Shown here: positions 11,101-20,337 of the stretch, in pieces | Position numbering within the stretch: position 1 is the stretch's first letter | Layout: every line of letters starts with the position of its first letter | Assembly (NCBI GenBank): GCA_946965045.2 | Contig: OX337241.1 | Coordinates: forward strand, 1,364,001-1,428,000 | Origin: Epithemia pelagica | Taxonomy: Eukaryota; Protista; Bacillariophyta | Direction of reading: 5' to 3' | Length of the DNA: 64,000 nucleotides | The notes under the pieces: model-generated | What the model was told of the DNA's origin: nothing | Seen by the model: only the letters and a program-made list of their open reading frames with translations | The model's database searches: none | Made by a program: the position numbers and the translations under genes

Positions 11101-11746
11101 TGATTCTCCCTCGGGAACTTTCGCGAAGATGTTGGAAACATCTATAGACACGATCACGGAACAAGCGTCTGATGCATCCGAGACGATCGTTCCTTCGTCT
11201 CAAGATTCTCATGTCGATTCCATTCAGGGTACGTTCGGGCGTTTGTTGAATGAATCGACACTTTCAGACAAGACCGACGTGCCCGAAACACCAGTGGTAA
11301 TGACATGTACCCCCAGTGCTGAGATTGTAGAGGTGGGACAAGACAGTCAGTATTGTCAGGATGTGACGACAGAGGTAAAGGTCATCTCGGGATCGAGTTT
11401 TGTAAAGATTGAAAATCCTTACAAAAAGCGTAAAACTACCATCCCTTTGATGCCCTACAGGGAACATTCCATGCCCTCGGCGCTAATGGCGACGGGAACA
11501 AAGTGGAGTCCCATTGACGTAGAGTGTGAAGACAAGTCAGCAGGCAAGAAACGTCCGCCTTTGCACTGGTCGAATGATGAGATCCAACGTACCAAGCGTC
11601 CGAAATCTCAACAACAGGTATGTTGCTCTGCTTTCTTGGAGTGGGTGCGGAAGTACAATCGCAATGGACGGCCTCCCCATCTGGAAGGCTGTCCCAACCG
11701 TACGACCACACGACGTCCAAATAAAAAGGATCGTCCCCACTACTAA
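8189..11746 (+). CDS. Large DDE-transposase-like protein (DUF6729-like; MULE/hAT/P/Kolobok/Dada-type fold suspected)
   Basis: Intact 1185-codon ORF with a Cys cluster (CPSC...YKCTHC), candidate catalytic residues AQDHT, MYSDTW and CESKVEAYH, an xxxH signature (RLGLYHFQQR), and Cys/His clusters at both ends. No TIRs found. Confidence 0.6.
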   Translation: MPKYDYSMFQSRWSRSEGIRNLPIPHRVHQKMPTTKIPSSALQKNTHHATTLIIGKTKQKLRGMEEEESNMGFNAHSGGFYDESNQAPKDTALEPTLPKKSNKRPALDPFFFRCYVHSQDARKVEKELDSTDNKSKMGIQSQKRQPANQAIKRKPEYQFACYQNQNRMIGGTGANPFAFEGVAFDPVKHCAVCNADANGRKKPHRGHHKQCPKNRKTKGTKSDNDVKFDEADKKVAANNSKPFNGFNISTAPPQVREYAQKMVAPLRTDHTNLHDAVRDAMSDPEFVSSATDRKSGAPLPIMAVVRHLVNHKEKKWFQPNTLEFKIPVVRYGQNIDPHYHSVEGQVILNVCWEEQFPGLEIVCPSCSKGKLRRDRTNFSKNKRLFAIFKQGGAPTWAIVMTYKCTHCSLRYDANDGQLLMALPIHVRNAYPVYPKYADNTMSFHLDKPTSQILEGLMLTYGNGDKVSRMIYEGMTLQHLEKFTAYLSEWKSLLTMKGNEDAPPLYPDLHGDFITTWPPSGDSLRDLYERAAMSRCNQYGVSDKDRCTREIQSVTTTKMFAQDHTMEPIKNYKKSLGAHAVWDSATETGEIATAVCVRNTKTAEFAHAAEALVRRHGFEPVVMYSDTWPNKLKFWKLLFGDDLKGRLGLYHFQQRIIKTMRQGHHLYHKALNDLLQCVYGFDSKSYNTLLKNLKNGKMGREGIPYTNQEILDMQEGTEFRRRFAKYLMKVIHPPEVIQHNLQKWFDTYKGCEDPRTGKKLFTVDTKTAVTEQMKNAEHIQDTLPLADVYRSVPPTAATKHDCHEYYSQRCESKVEAYHDHLAHFANCGMRVDLCDILNLVGTANYNAKIRHRLRMADGAKGYESVPLGWKTHPDYYNHSDLIVANGLADEVNYPFLPFDFARPLPEDNGERFFAHYMLDQIERDRKYPKSNLTDRCQCPSCATNPTPLPHEVGKNSLVPSHSPPTCQECPPHDSPSGTFAKMLETSIDTITEQASDASETIVPSSQDSHVDSIQGTFGRLLNESTLSDKTDVPETPVVMTCTPSAEIVEVGQDSQYCQDVTTEVKVISGSSFVKIENPYKKRKTTIPLMPYREHSMPSALMATGTKWSPIDVECEDKSAGKKRPPLHWSNDEIQRTKRPKSQQQVCCSAFLEWVRKYNRNGRPPHLEGCPNRTTTRRPNKKDRPHY

Positions 11747-11837
11747 TTATTCACAATGACGTTCCACCAAAAAAGAAACATTGAATTCTGGAGCTGTGAA
11801 GTGATGTGTATTAATCTCTTCTGATGCAGCTTGCGTA

Positions 11838-11955
11838 AGGTACGAGTATGAACAAGACCTTTTTAAGTTAGGTACGAGTATGAACAAGACCTTTTTAAGT
11901 TAGGTACGAGTATGAACAAGACCTTTTTAAGTTAGGTACGAGTATGAACAAGACC
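11838..11955. repeat. 32-bp perfect tandem repeat, 3.7 copies
   Basis: Unit AGGTACGAGTATGAACAAGACCTTTTTAAGTT starts at 11838, 11870, 11902 and 11934 (partial). Confidence 0.97.
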
Positions 11956-12118
11956 ATGGCAAAAGATGATATCATGGAAGACTTAACAACGATTTACATT
12001 ATAGTAGTAAATCATGAAATTCTTTGCTGCGAAAGACCTTTTTATACTTCGTAGAGTTCTAGTACAACTGGAACTCCAATAACGAAGATAAGTATGGGTT
12101 GTAAACCATGGGCCTGTT

Positions 12119-13591
12119 CTAACGACGGGAATGGTGGGTGAGGTGCCCTCCTTCCACGTGATGTGTGTTGGTTGTCGTCGGAGGATGTTTCGTCACGTCG
12201 GCGGCCTTTTCGTAGATCTTAGTCACGTTCTCCTTGTGAGGCATGACCGCGTAGTATTTGACGTGTGGGACAATTTCGAGCGATTGGCCTTCCTTTAAGC
12301 GGATTTCTCCTTGATCAAGGCCAATCACTTGGACTTCCTCTTTCGCAGCAACTTTGCGATCTTCTTGTGGAGGAGGATCCTTTTTGGGAGGTTCCTCGGT
12401 ATCATCATCATCCTCGTCCTCTTGCATGGCAGGACGGTCTTTGTCTGACTCCGGGGAGGAGTGGGACTCTTTTGTGTGTCCATCTGATGTTGGGGAGGCA
12501 TCAGTGGTGGAAGGATGATGTTGTTCGGAAGGAGGACGAAGAGTCGACGGAACAAATGCCGGTTTGACTTTCTTAAAAGAGGTCACAACTACATTAAGAA
12601 AAGAGACGGCGTCTTCCAGGCGGCTTGCGGTCTCCTTTAAATCGTCGAGGGGCGATTTGGGTGGAGAGGAGGGAACCTTTTTACCATCTTTGTCGACGAT
12701 GGTGAGATACCCCAACTCATGGAGAACCTTCTGCGTCACTGGAACAGTTGCGTCCTTTTTCGTGCTATACAACCATTGGCCACATACTGCAAACCCGTTG
12801 AATTTGCATTCACCTTTATTAGGTAGAATAACAGCAACAGGTGTTGTGACACTCACGCTTAGAATATCAAATTCCGGCTCTTTGAGCTGTCGCAAGGAGT
12901 ACATGGGCCTGAGAAGTGTGTTGATTTTGTTGTTGAAAACTTGCAACAAATTCAATTTCTCGTTGGCCAGGGTGTGGTATTTGCAAGTTTTCATTTGCCA
13001 ATATCCAAACAATTCCCCGCCGGGTGTATTTTTATCAGTCGGGGTAGGGAACCACATGTTGTCATCGATGGCGTTGGCCAAGGCGACAGAGGCGGTCCCT
13101 TTCGTCCGACCGACTGCGGTGTACGCCAATGACTTAGGCATGTGTCGTGATTGAAAACGAAGCACAGCCATGTTGGGATCGGTGAAGCGCCAGTCTTCAT
13201 CGTAGTCCGATAAAACCTCTTCCTGCTCCTCGGCATCTTCGTTCTCGTCCAGTTTAGGCTCTTCGATTGCCTTTTTTTTGTTTTCTGTTTTCGACTCTTT
13301 TTTGGATTCTTTTTTTCCTTTCGGAAAAACTTCCTCCACGTAGTCTTCGGAGAACGAGTACTCCGAGCCTGAGTCTGAGTCCTTCGGTGGTGAAGGGTCA
13401 TAACTCTCCTTCTTCTTCTTTTTAGGAATGGGAGAGATTTCAGAACTCGAAGTTGCACGAGGACGCGCGGCCTTTTTCCCGGATGAGGGAACGTCGTCAG
13501 TCATTGAAACAGGAGGTTTCTTTTTCAATGAATCATTGACGAAAAGGCCTGGAGTGGCTCTAGGAGGAAGAGGTTTTCGTACACGCCCCAT
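12119..13591 (-). CDS. Hypothetical protein, 490 aa, with Lys/acidic low-complexity ends and a central globular region
   Basis: Long ATG-initiated ORF with NLS-like PKKKKK; convergent with the transposase-like gene. No family recognised. Confidence 0.7.
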   Translation of the reverse strand: MGRVRKPLPPRATPGLFVNDSLKKKPPVSMTDDVPSSGKKAARPRATSSSEISPIPKKKKKESYDPSPPKDSDSGSEYSFSEDYVEEVFPKGKKESKKESKTENKKKAIEEPKLDENEDAEEQEEVLSDYDEDWRFTDPNMAVLRFQSRHMPKSLAYTAVGRTKGTASVALANAIDDNMWFPTPTDKNTPGGELFGYWQMKTCKYHTLANEKLNLLQVFNNKINTLLRPMYSLRQLKEPEFDILSVSVTTPVAVILPNKGECKFNGFAVCGQWLYSTKKDATVPVTQKVLHELGYLTIVDKDGKKVPSSPPKSPLDDLKETASRLEDAVSFLNVVVTSFKKVKPAFVPSTLRPPSEQHHPSTTDASPTSDGHTKESHSSPESDKDRPAMQEDEDDDDTEEPPKKDPPPQEDRKVAAKEEVQVIGLDQGEIRLKEGQSLEIVPHVKYYAVMPHKENVTKIYEKAADVTKHPPTTTNTHHVEGGHLTHHSRR

Positions 13592-13600
13592 TGTGTTGGA

Positions 13601-13864
13601 GACCGTTGCGAGATACGGCTCTGGGGGGGCTTGAAGACCGTGTCGAGATGCGGCTTCAAAAAAGCAAACCGTGTCAAGATACGGTCACTGTAGGACGGGG
13701 AGGCGACTTCGAGATGAAGCTCCCAACGGTGGAGACGACTTCGAGATGAAGCTCCAGAGATTCAGGCCTTGATAGACGTTGGTTTCAAAATGGAGACGAC
13801 TTCTAGATGAAGCTCCAAGGACTCGGGCTTTAGGAATGGAAGACGACTTCAAGATGAAGCTTCC
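13601..13864. repeat. Array of seven short imperfect palindromes with a shared (C/T)GAGAT/AAGAT core
   Basis: Three CCGT-n8-(A/G)CGG motifs at about 13601, 13636 and 13667; four GA(C/G)GACTTC-(G/T/A)AGAT-GAAGCT motifs at about 13699, 13731, 13792 and 13838. Confidence 0.8.
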
Positions 13865-14543
13865 TTTGGGTTTCTCTGTGAAAGCCACAATGGAGAACGT
13901 GGTTAGAGTTGGTGCAAAAAGGGCTGGTGCATCGATTGGACTTACTGTTGGGAGTACGGGTTGGGAGTTTAGACGATGGTGAGTAGTGGCTTCCGACAAT
14001 GGACAATGGATTGGAATGATGGGAAGAATGGGATGTTGTTGGATGGAGGGTGGTCGATCGTACTGTGTCGTCGCAAAAAAATTTTGGGTGAGAGTGTTTG
14101 AGCCGTGGTGATGGTGGTGATAAAATGAGCTTGGTTGTGTTTGATACTGAATGATTGTATAGTAATTTTCTGGTAGGAAGTTTGCGTTCAAAGGTACTTA
14201 CATGATTCCCCCGTAGAAACCTTGGTACTTGGTTTCTGTCTGTGTTCCGTTTCGCGATTCATTTGATTGGATGGGAGAAGGATCGGCGAGTCATTTACAT
14301 ATGCCTTGTGTACCGAAAGAGGGGGAGTTGTGTAGGAGGATTTAATCCCCCGCGACGAAAAAAACACTATAGGCAATAAAGTACTCAAGACTAACCAAGA
14401 CTAAAATTAAGCGACGGTTATATCTGTTTCCCGTTAGGAAGTGGAATCCCCTTCCTTCGGGCAAGTCCTTTCCTTTCCCCTTCCTTTCCCCCCTCCTCTG
14501 CCTCTTCCCCCACTGAAGTCGTGGGGAGCGGGGCAGAGTCGCA

Positions 14544-15264
14544 ACTTAGGATATCTGCTAGCTAGGTGTGATAACGACTTGATAATCGGGGTTAGTTCAG
14601 TTGGGTAGCAATGTTAGTCAACCTATCACGTTGGATCGACGATGGGGCCCTCACCTTCGGTCTACGATATAGGTTGACTCCTTTTGTAGACAACAGTTGC
14701 TTGCAACTTTTGTGTTTTAGAAAAGAGTGAGATTAATCTACATGAAAGTGATTTTCAGGTCTGATCGATCTCCGATCTCAAGGAGAACTTAGCCGCTCCA
14801 TTTCTCTCTTGGAGAATAGTTCTTCCTTGTTCTTTTTGTTCTTCATGATTAGATGAGAGTATTCACCTCTCCTGATTGTTTGGGCCTTATGAATGTTCTT
14901 TCTAGAAGGTACTTACCTTTGGAACAGGCCTGCTAGATCATCTGAAGATCGATCGGTATCTTTGTGTAATTCTCAATTTGAGAGAGAAGATATTACGACT
15001 AGAGGTATCGTCCAACTTGCGTTCGTATGAACGGATGTGTAGGCTCGCGACTTGCATTGTGCATGTATATGAATAATTAGTACATGAATCTTCCTGGACT
15101 GCTGGGTGAAGTTACTATTCAGCTAAATCCATCTGTTGTTCGTCCGTTCAACTGCAACACGAGCGTCTGTCTTACTTCAGGACAGCTGCTTTCCTCTATG
15201 TCGTAGCTACGTCGTGCTATGTCACACCTAGATCTAATGGTGCTAGATGTGCTATATTGTAACT
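14544..15264 (-). repeat. 3' LTR of element A (721 bp)
   Basis: Direct repeat of 25534-26254 with a handful of substitutions. PPT GAGAGGGAG is immediately upstream in element sense (15265-15273). Confidence 0.96.
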
Positions 15265-15317
15265 CTCCCTCTCATGGAGTGATTGGGCTAGAATTGCGAC
15301 ATGGAAGGTATGATGGT

Positions 15318-15734
15318 TTACCATCCTTGATTGAGCTTACGGCAGCGCTCAAAAAGTTCTCGATTCTGGCATTTAGTAAAGTAATCAGCCTTTTGGTCAG
15401 CTGTGCTGACCATGCTAACTTTCACGCCGCCGGGGTGGTCGCCTACATGCTCCCAAAAGAAGTGGAGGTAGGTGTTAAAATGCTTGGTCCTTGGAGCTAG
15501 GCGCTGCTTCGTTGCAAGGTAAAAGGCTCCACTATTGTCCTCAAAGACTTCAGAGAAAATAGTGGGCTTCGGGAACGGCAGCTTGAGATTGCCTAAAAGT
15601 TCTTCAATCACTCGGCGGGTAGCTATCACACTACGCATGGCTTGTGAGAGGGCATGGTACTCAGCCTGGAGTGTGCTAAGAGCTACCGATGATTGGAGTT
15701 GCGAACGCCATATTAGTGGGCATCCACGAAATGT
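15318..15734 (-). pseudogene. RNase H end of the element A polyprotein, separated from RT by the mariner
   Basis: TFRGCPLIWRSQLQSSVALSTLQAEY, VFEDNSGA, RTKHFNTYLHF and QKADYFTK. It rejoins ...TGYIL in frame when the mariner and one TA are removed. Confidence 0.93.
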
Positions 15735-15736
15735 TA

Positions 15737-17667
15737 CTCCCTCCTGCCCAAAATTATCGCAACAAGTTACTAAAAATGACGTAACTTCTCACGCGCAAGC
15801 CCGTTGGCGCTAAAAATTATACAGATCGATAGCTTATTACACGACTCAAATTTCCATGTATAATTTATATGTTCCATCTCACAATCCTGGAGAGTTACAG
15901 GGAACTAAACGAGGTGAAAAAAGAAACTCAGACTTTGGCGTACCGGTTCTGGCCCTACAGGCATACCCAAGCCATGCCACCTTCAGGGGAGGCCCGCAAG
16001 GGGGTAAAGTACAAGGAATTGCGGAGAGAAGACCGCGGACGTGCCATGGCGATCCTTCTAACCTTCCATCTGAATGGCACCTTGCCCAGAGGTGTTTTGT
16101 CAGGCGTCGCTGAAATGTTTGGTGTGCATCGATCCACCATAAGCCGACTTTGGGAGCGCGCGCAGAAATCGCGCGTGGAGAACGTAATTAACTCTCCTGA
16201 AATTTCATCCAACGCACGCGCGCGCGGAAGACTCCCTATTTGTTCTTCACCAGACGTTAGAGAAGCTGTTAAAAATGTCCCATTGATGAAGAGACGAACC
16301 CAGGAACAACTCTCTACCGTTCTGGGTATGTCAAGAAGCACAGTGCAGCGATTCGTGAAGAAAGGCACTCTACGATGCCATACCAACACCCTAAAACCCT
16401 TCCTCACTGAAACCAACATGATGGCAAGATACCTGATGGCACAATCCTTTGTAAACCCCTTGAAACCCGGTGAGTACCAAGACATGATGGACATGATCCA
16501 TGTCGATGAAAAGTGGTTTTTTGTGACGAAAGATGCACAGCGCTTTATCTTGACCGACGATGAAGAGGATCCACAGAGGACATGCAAACACAAGAGCCAC
16601 ATCACAAAGGTAATGTTCTTTTGTGCTGTGGCTCGTCCTCGCTTTATTCCAGCTATGAATCAATGGTGGGATGGTAAACTGGGCATCTGGCCCATTGGTG
16701 AGTGGGTCCCTGCGAAGAGGAGCAGCGTCAACAGGGAAAAGGGGACTATGGTATGGAAGAACATTACTGTTAACAGAGAGGTCTACAGGGATTTACTTGT
16801 GGAAAAACTAATGCCAGCAATATTGGAGAAGTGGCCACAAGCAGACAGAAACAAGAGAACCATAAGGATTCAACAGGATGGCGCCAAGTCCCATATCAAG
16901 GATGGAGACATGTACTTTGTGGAGTTCCTGAGATCCATGAAAGAGTTGGGAGTGAGGGCAGAGTTCTTTACACAAGCTCCCAACAGCCCAGACACAAACA
17001 TTTGTGATCTGGGCTTTTTCAGGGCTATCCAGAGTCATGGTTTGATTGTTGGGTCGAGCGAGGCACAGCTGCTTGAATCTGTACAGAATGCTTTTGATTC
17101 CTATCCAAGAGACAGACTAAACCACACATGGCTCACCCTCCAATCTTGCTTCAATGAAATCATTAAAGCAGGAGGAGGGAATGACTACAAAATACCCCAC
17201 ATGAATAAACAGGGGCTGGAGAGGAGAGGGGAGCTTCCCCATGTGCTGCAAGTCACAGACGCTCTCTCCAGCCCTACAAGCAGCAATCTGCAAGAGTAGA
17301 AACTAATCCTATTAGTCCTACAGAATACCTGGTTGACCTCCAATTGAGCAAGGAGGCAACCAGGGGCTACGGCCAATGATTGTACCCATAGGATAGATCA
17401 TTGTGTATTGCGTTGTTGTTGCTGCTGCTATTCGTGATTTTTCAGTGTTGGTGGTGGGAGATGAGTGAGGTCTTGTACCGTTGGGGAGTGACGATTGAAG
17501 GGCTGGATAGATTTTTTAGCACGTGTCACAGTGAATGTTCATCTCCAAAATTCGACTCCGAATGAGCCGGCCATCCTCCTGTAGAAATGTACCAGGGCCT
17601 ACGAGAGCTTTTTGTGCGACTACTATGACTAAAAAAACTTGTTGCAATAATTTTGGGCAGGAGGGAG
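15737..17667 (+). mobile_element. Tc1/mariner DNA transposon, plant (Stowaway/DD39D-like) type, 1931 bp
   Basis: 32-bp TIRs CTCCCTCCTGCCCAAAATTAT[C/T]GCAACAAGTT; TA duplication at 15735-15736 and 17668-17669. Confidence 0.96.
15869..17299 (+). CDS. Tc1/mariner transposase, apparently intact
   Basis: HTH region (VAEMFGVHRSTISRLW) and motifs IHVDEKWF, IQQDGAKSH and QAPNSPDTNICDLGFF, with the C-terminal GGNDYKIPHMNK typical of plant-type mariners. Confidence 0.93.
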   Translation: MFHLTILESYRELNEVKKETQTLAYRFWPYRHTQAMPPSGEARKGVKYKELRREDRGRAMAILLTFHLNGTLPRGVLSGVAEMFGVHRSTISRLWERAQKSRVENVINSPEISSNARARGRLPICSSPDVREAVKNVPLMKRRTQEQLSTVLGMSRSTVQRFVKKGTLRCHTNTLKPFLTETNMMARYLMAQSFVNPLKPGEYQDMMDMIHVDEKWFFVTKDAQRFILTDDEEDPQRTCKHKSHITKVMFFCAVARPRFIPAMNQWWDGKLGIWPIGEWVPAKRSSVNREKGTMVWKNITVNREVYRDLLVEKLMPAILEKWPQADRNKRTIRIQQDGAKSHIKDGDMYFVEFLRSMKELGVRAEFFTQAPNSPDTNICDLGFFRAIQSHGLIVGSSEAQLLESVQNAFDSYPRDRLNHTWLTLQSCFNEIIKAGGGNDYKIPHMNKQGLERRGELPHVLQVTDALSSPTSSNLQE

Positions 17668-17669
17668 TA

Positions 17670-20337
17670 GTATATAGCCAGTACGAGACTTAGCACTAAC
17701 GGGATTGTCTTGGGGTTCGCGTCCATGCAAACCGGCAAAATCAGCATCTACATAGCAATCTAGTTTGAAATCTGTAGTAGGGGTGAAGATAGTCCCTTTG
17801 TCTCTTGTTCGAACTAAGTAGCGCACAATTGTCTTGATGGCGGTAGCGTGGGATTTCTTTGGTGCTGAACTGAATCTAGCTACCTGACTAACAGCGAAAG
17901 CTATGTCAGGTCTAGTGTTGGTAGCCAGGTATAGGAGCATTCCTACTACGGAGCGATATTCCCAGCTTTCCTTCATAGGTTCACCGTCTGGGTCGCTGCC
18001 TAATCCCAGCTCGGTTGCAGGAGTCCAATTAGGGTTGCAATCTTCTAGTCCCGTAGTTTTAATAATCTTCGCAATAAGTCCTTTCTGGGTCATGGTAATA
18101 GATTTATTCTCATGACGGATAAAGTTTATTCCGAGGTAGTCAGTCAGATTTCCTTCTTTCTTGAGAGATAACCCTTTTTCTTGTAGTCGTTTGATTAGAT
18201 CGTCTATTAGTTCCATTTTAGGAGCACAGACACCACAGTCGTCTACCCACAGAAAAATGATGATGTTGTCTTTGTAAAGCAAACACTCGTCATGAGCACT
18301 AAGGGTGAATCCGTCTTCCTTTAAAGCCTCTAGTAGGTGGGTATACCATAACCTTGGAGCTGAAGACAGGCCATATAGACTCTTGATGAGTTGCAGGCAG
18401 GTCTCTCCAGGTTTGCCAGACCTAAATCCTCTAGGTAAATGAATCCATACAGGTTCATCCAACGTAGCTTGTACAAATGCATTGTTAAAATCAATGCAGG
18501 CAAGCTCCCATCCTAGGATTAAGCTGATAGTGAGGACAATACGGATTGAGCTCCAGTGAACAACTGGGCTGTAGTTTTCTTGTTCCGTTTCCTGTAAGTC
18601 TCCTCTCACACAATATCTGGCTTTGTGTTTGAGGATCTCACCATCGGGAGTTCTCTTTCGTTTAAATACCCAAGTTCCTGGTAGAATCCGCGTTTTTGCC
18701 TGAGATTTTGGGACCTCTTCCCATGTTCCTTTACCTTCGAGCTCCATAATTTCTTTGTGTGCCGCAACTTTCCATTTTTCAATGTCAGCATCTCGCATGG
18801 CTTCGTCATAGGAAAGCGTATCTGGATCAGAGAGAGATGCTTTCATGACGGTCAGGAGGTCGCTATGATCTACAGATGGAGGAGCAGCAGGATGAACGGT
18901 AGCCACATTTATTTCTTCTACAAGACGAGTGGGCCGTTTAACAGTCCGACCGGAGCGACGAGTGGTGATGGTTGGTGCGAGAGAGGGAGTGGAACCGGAA
19001 GTGGGTTGAGTGGATTTGCGAGGACGGGACTCCCTCTGAGGCCGAATCTCCCTCTGAGGAGATGGACCAGGGGAAGGAGTAGTGTTGGGAGAAGGAGAAG
19101 GCAAAAGAGGGGTCGTCGAAGGCGAGGTTTCAGCGACCTGGTCAGTTTTCTCCCTCTGAGGAAGGGGTGTATTGGAAAAGGACATCCGCTTAGGGGATGG
19201 TTGATACACCGGTTCCTCATTGGGAGCTGAAATCGATACGGGTCTGTTGCTTGGTGTCGAACTGGGTGCTGGTGCGCCACTGGGAGTAGCACGGGGATTA
19301 GTTAAAGGAAACGTGCCAGGAGTGGAACTGGGTTTGGAAGGCGATGGAAGCACGGCAAAAGGACGATGAGTCCCAATTGCATGTGCGACATCGGATTCCC
19401 TTTGTGTATAGGACTGTTGTGCGGCCTCATCTGTAGTAGTAGGCGCTTCAATATTTGGAGCATCGTCGTTGTCGAGATCTATATATTGATAGGAGGACGT
19501 GTCAGTGAAGAAGTCGGGCAATTGTTCAAGAGTCATAGCAATTGTACTGAACCAATCGTCAAAAACTACATGGAATTGTGGGGTTATGTAGCCGGTGTCA
19601 GGGTTAAGTACCAGAGGGACCGAACTAGCATGGCGGTTACTTAACCCCATGAGTTGGCAACGTGTAGACCTAGGCTTCCAACGAGGTAGTTTCTTCCCGT
19701 CGGCAATGGATTTCTGTAGGACATAGACTGGGCAGCCCCACACGTGTAGGTCGTGGAACTTTCGTTGTTCCCAACGGACACGTGTAAATAAGTCGTGGGG
19801 GCTAATCCCTGTGTCAGTACGGGGCACATGATTATGTAGGTACACTGCATGTGATACTGCCATGGGCCATAGCATAGGATCAGCTAATTCTGGCCAGTGT
19901 ATTGCAGAATGGAGCATCATTGTACGAGCAATAGACATAATAGTTTGTACTGCCCGTTCGGCGATGCCAGCATGATGATGTGCCCCAACTCCGGCAAATC
20001 TGAAAATTTGAGCGAATGTTCGGAGTGATTGGGTGTAATCCTTTGAGGTAAAGGCTGCTCCATTGTCCGTTAGGTATTGAAGCGGTACTACCCCTATTTC
20101 TCTACAGAAAAGCTCGAAGGATTCTTTAACACTCAGCGTTTCATGTGTATTTAGGTGGGATTGAAATCCTATCCACGTGTATCCCGAAGCGTGGTCTACA
20201 AAGATTGCTCCACCTGTATAAAGATCGTTGATTTTTGATTTCCCCTTTGAGTCAAAGCGTCTCCCCTTTGAAGAACACACAAAATGATCTACTGAGATGC
20301 ATTTACCTGGATGCGGGTTACCGTCTTTGGTAACCCC
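17670..20337 (-). pseudogene. Element A integrase and reverse transcriptase
   Basis: IN motifs FVDHAS, LTDNG, GIAERAVQ and PQFHVVFDD; RT motifs YCVRGD, IDFNNAFVQ, SLYGL, LWVDDC and TRPDI. Same frame as upstream after a TAA at 20338-20340. Confidence 0.93.

Noticed and set aside
11838-11955. 32-bp repeats (also 51527-51606) as CRISPR arrays
   Set aside because: The units are contiguous with no spacers, there are no cas genes, and the context is eukaryotic.
8040-14430. Terminal inverted repeats for the transposase-like unit
   Set aside because: I compared 7980-8190 with 13600-14540 by eye and found no convincing inverted match.
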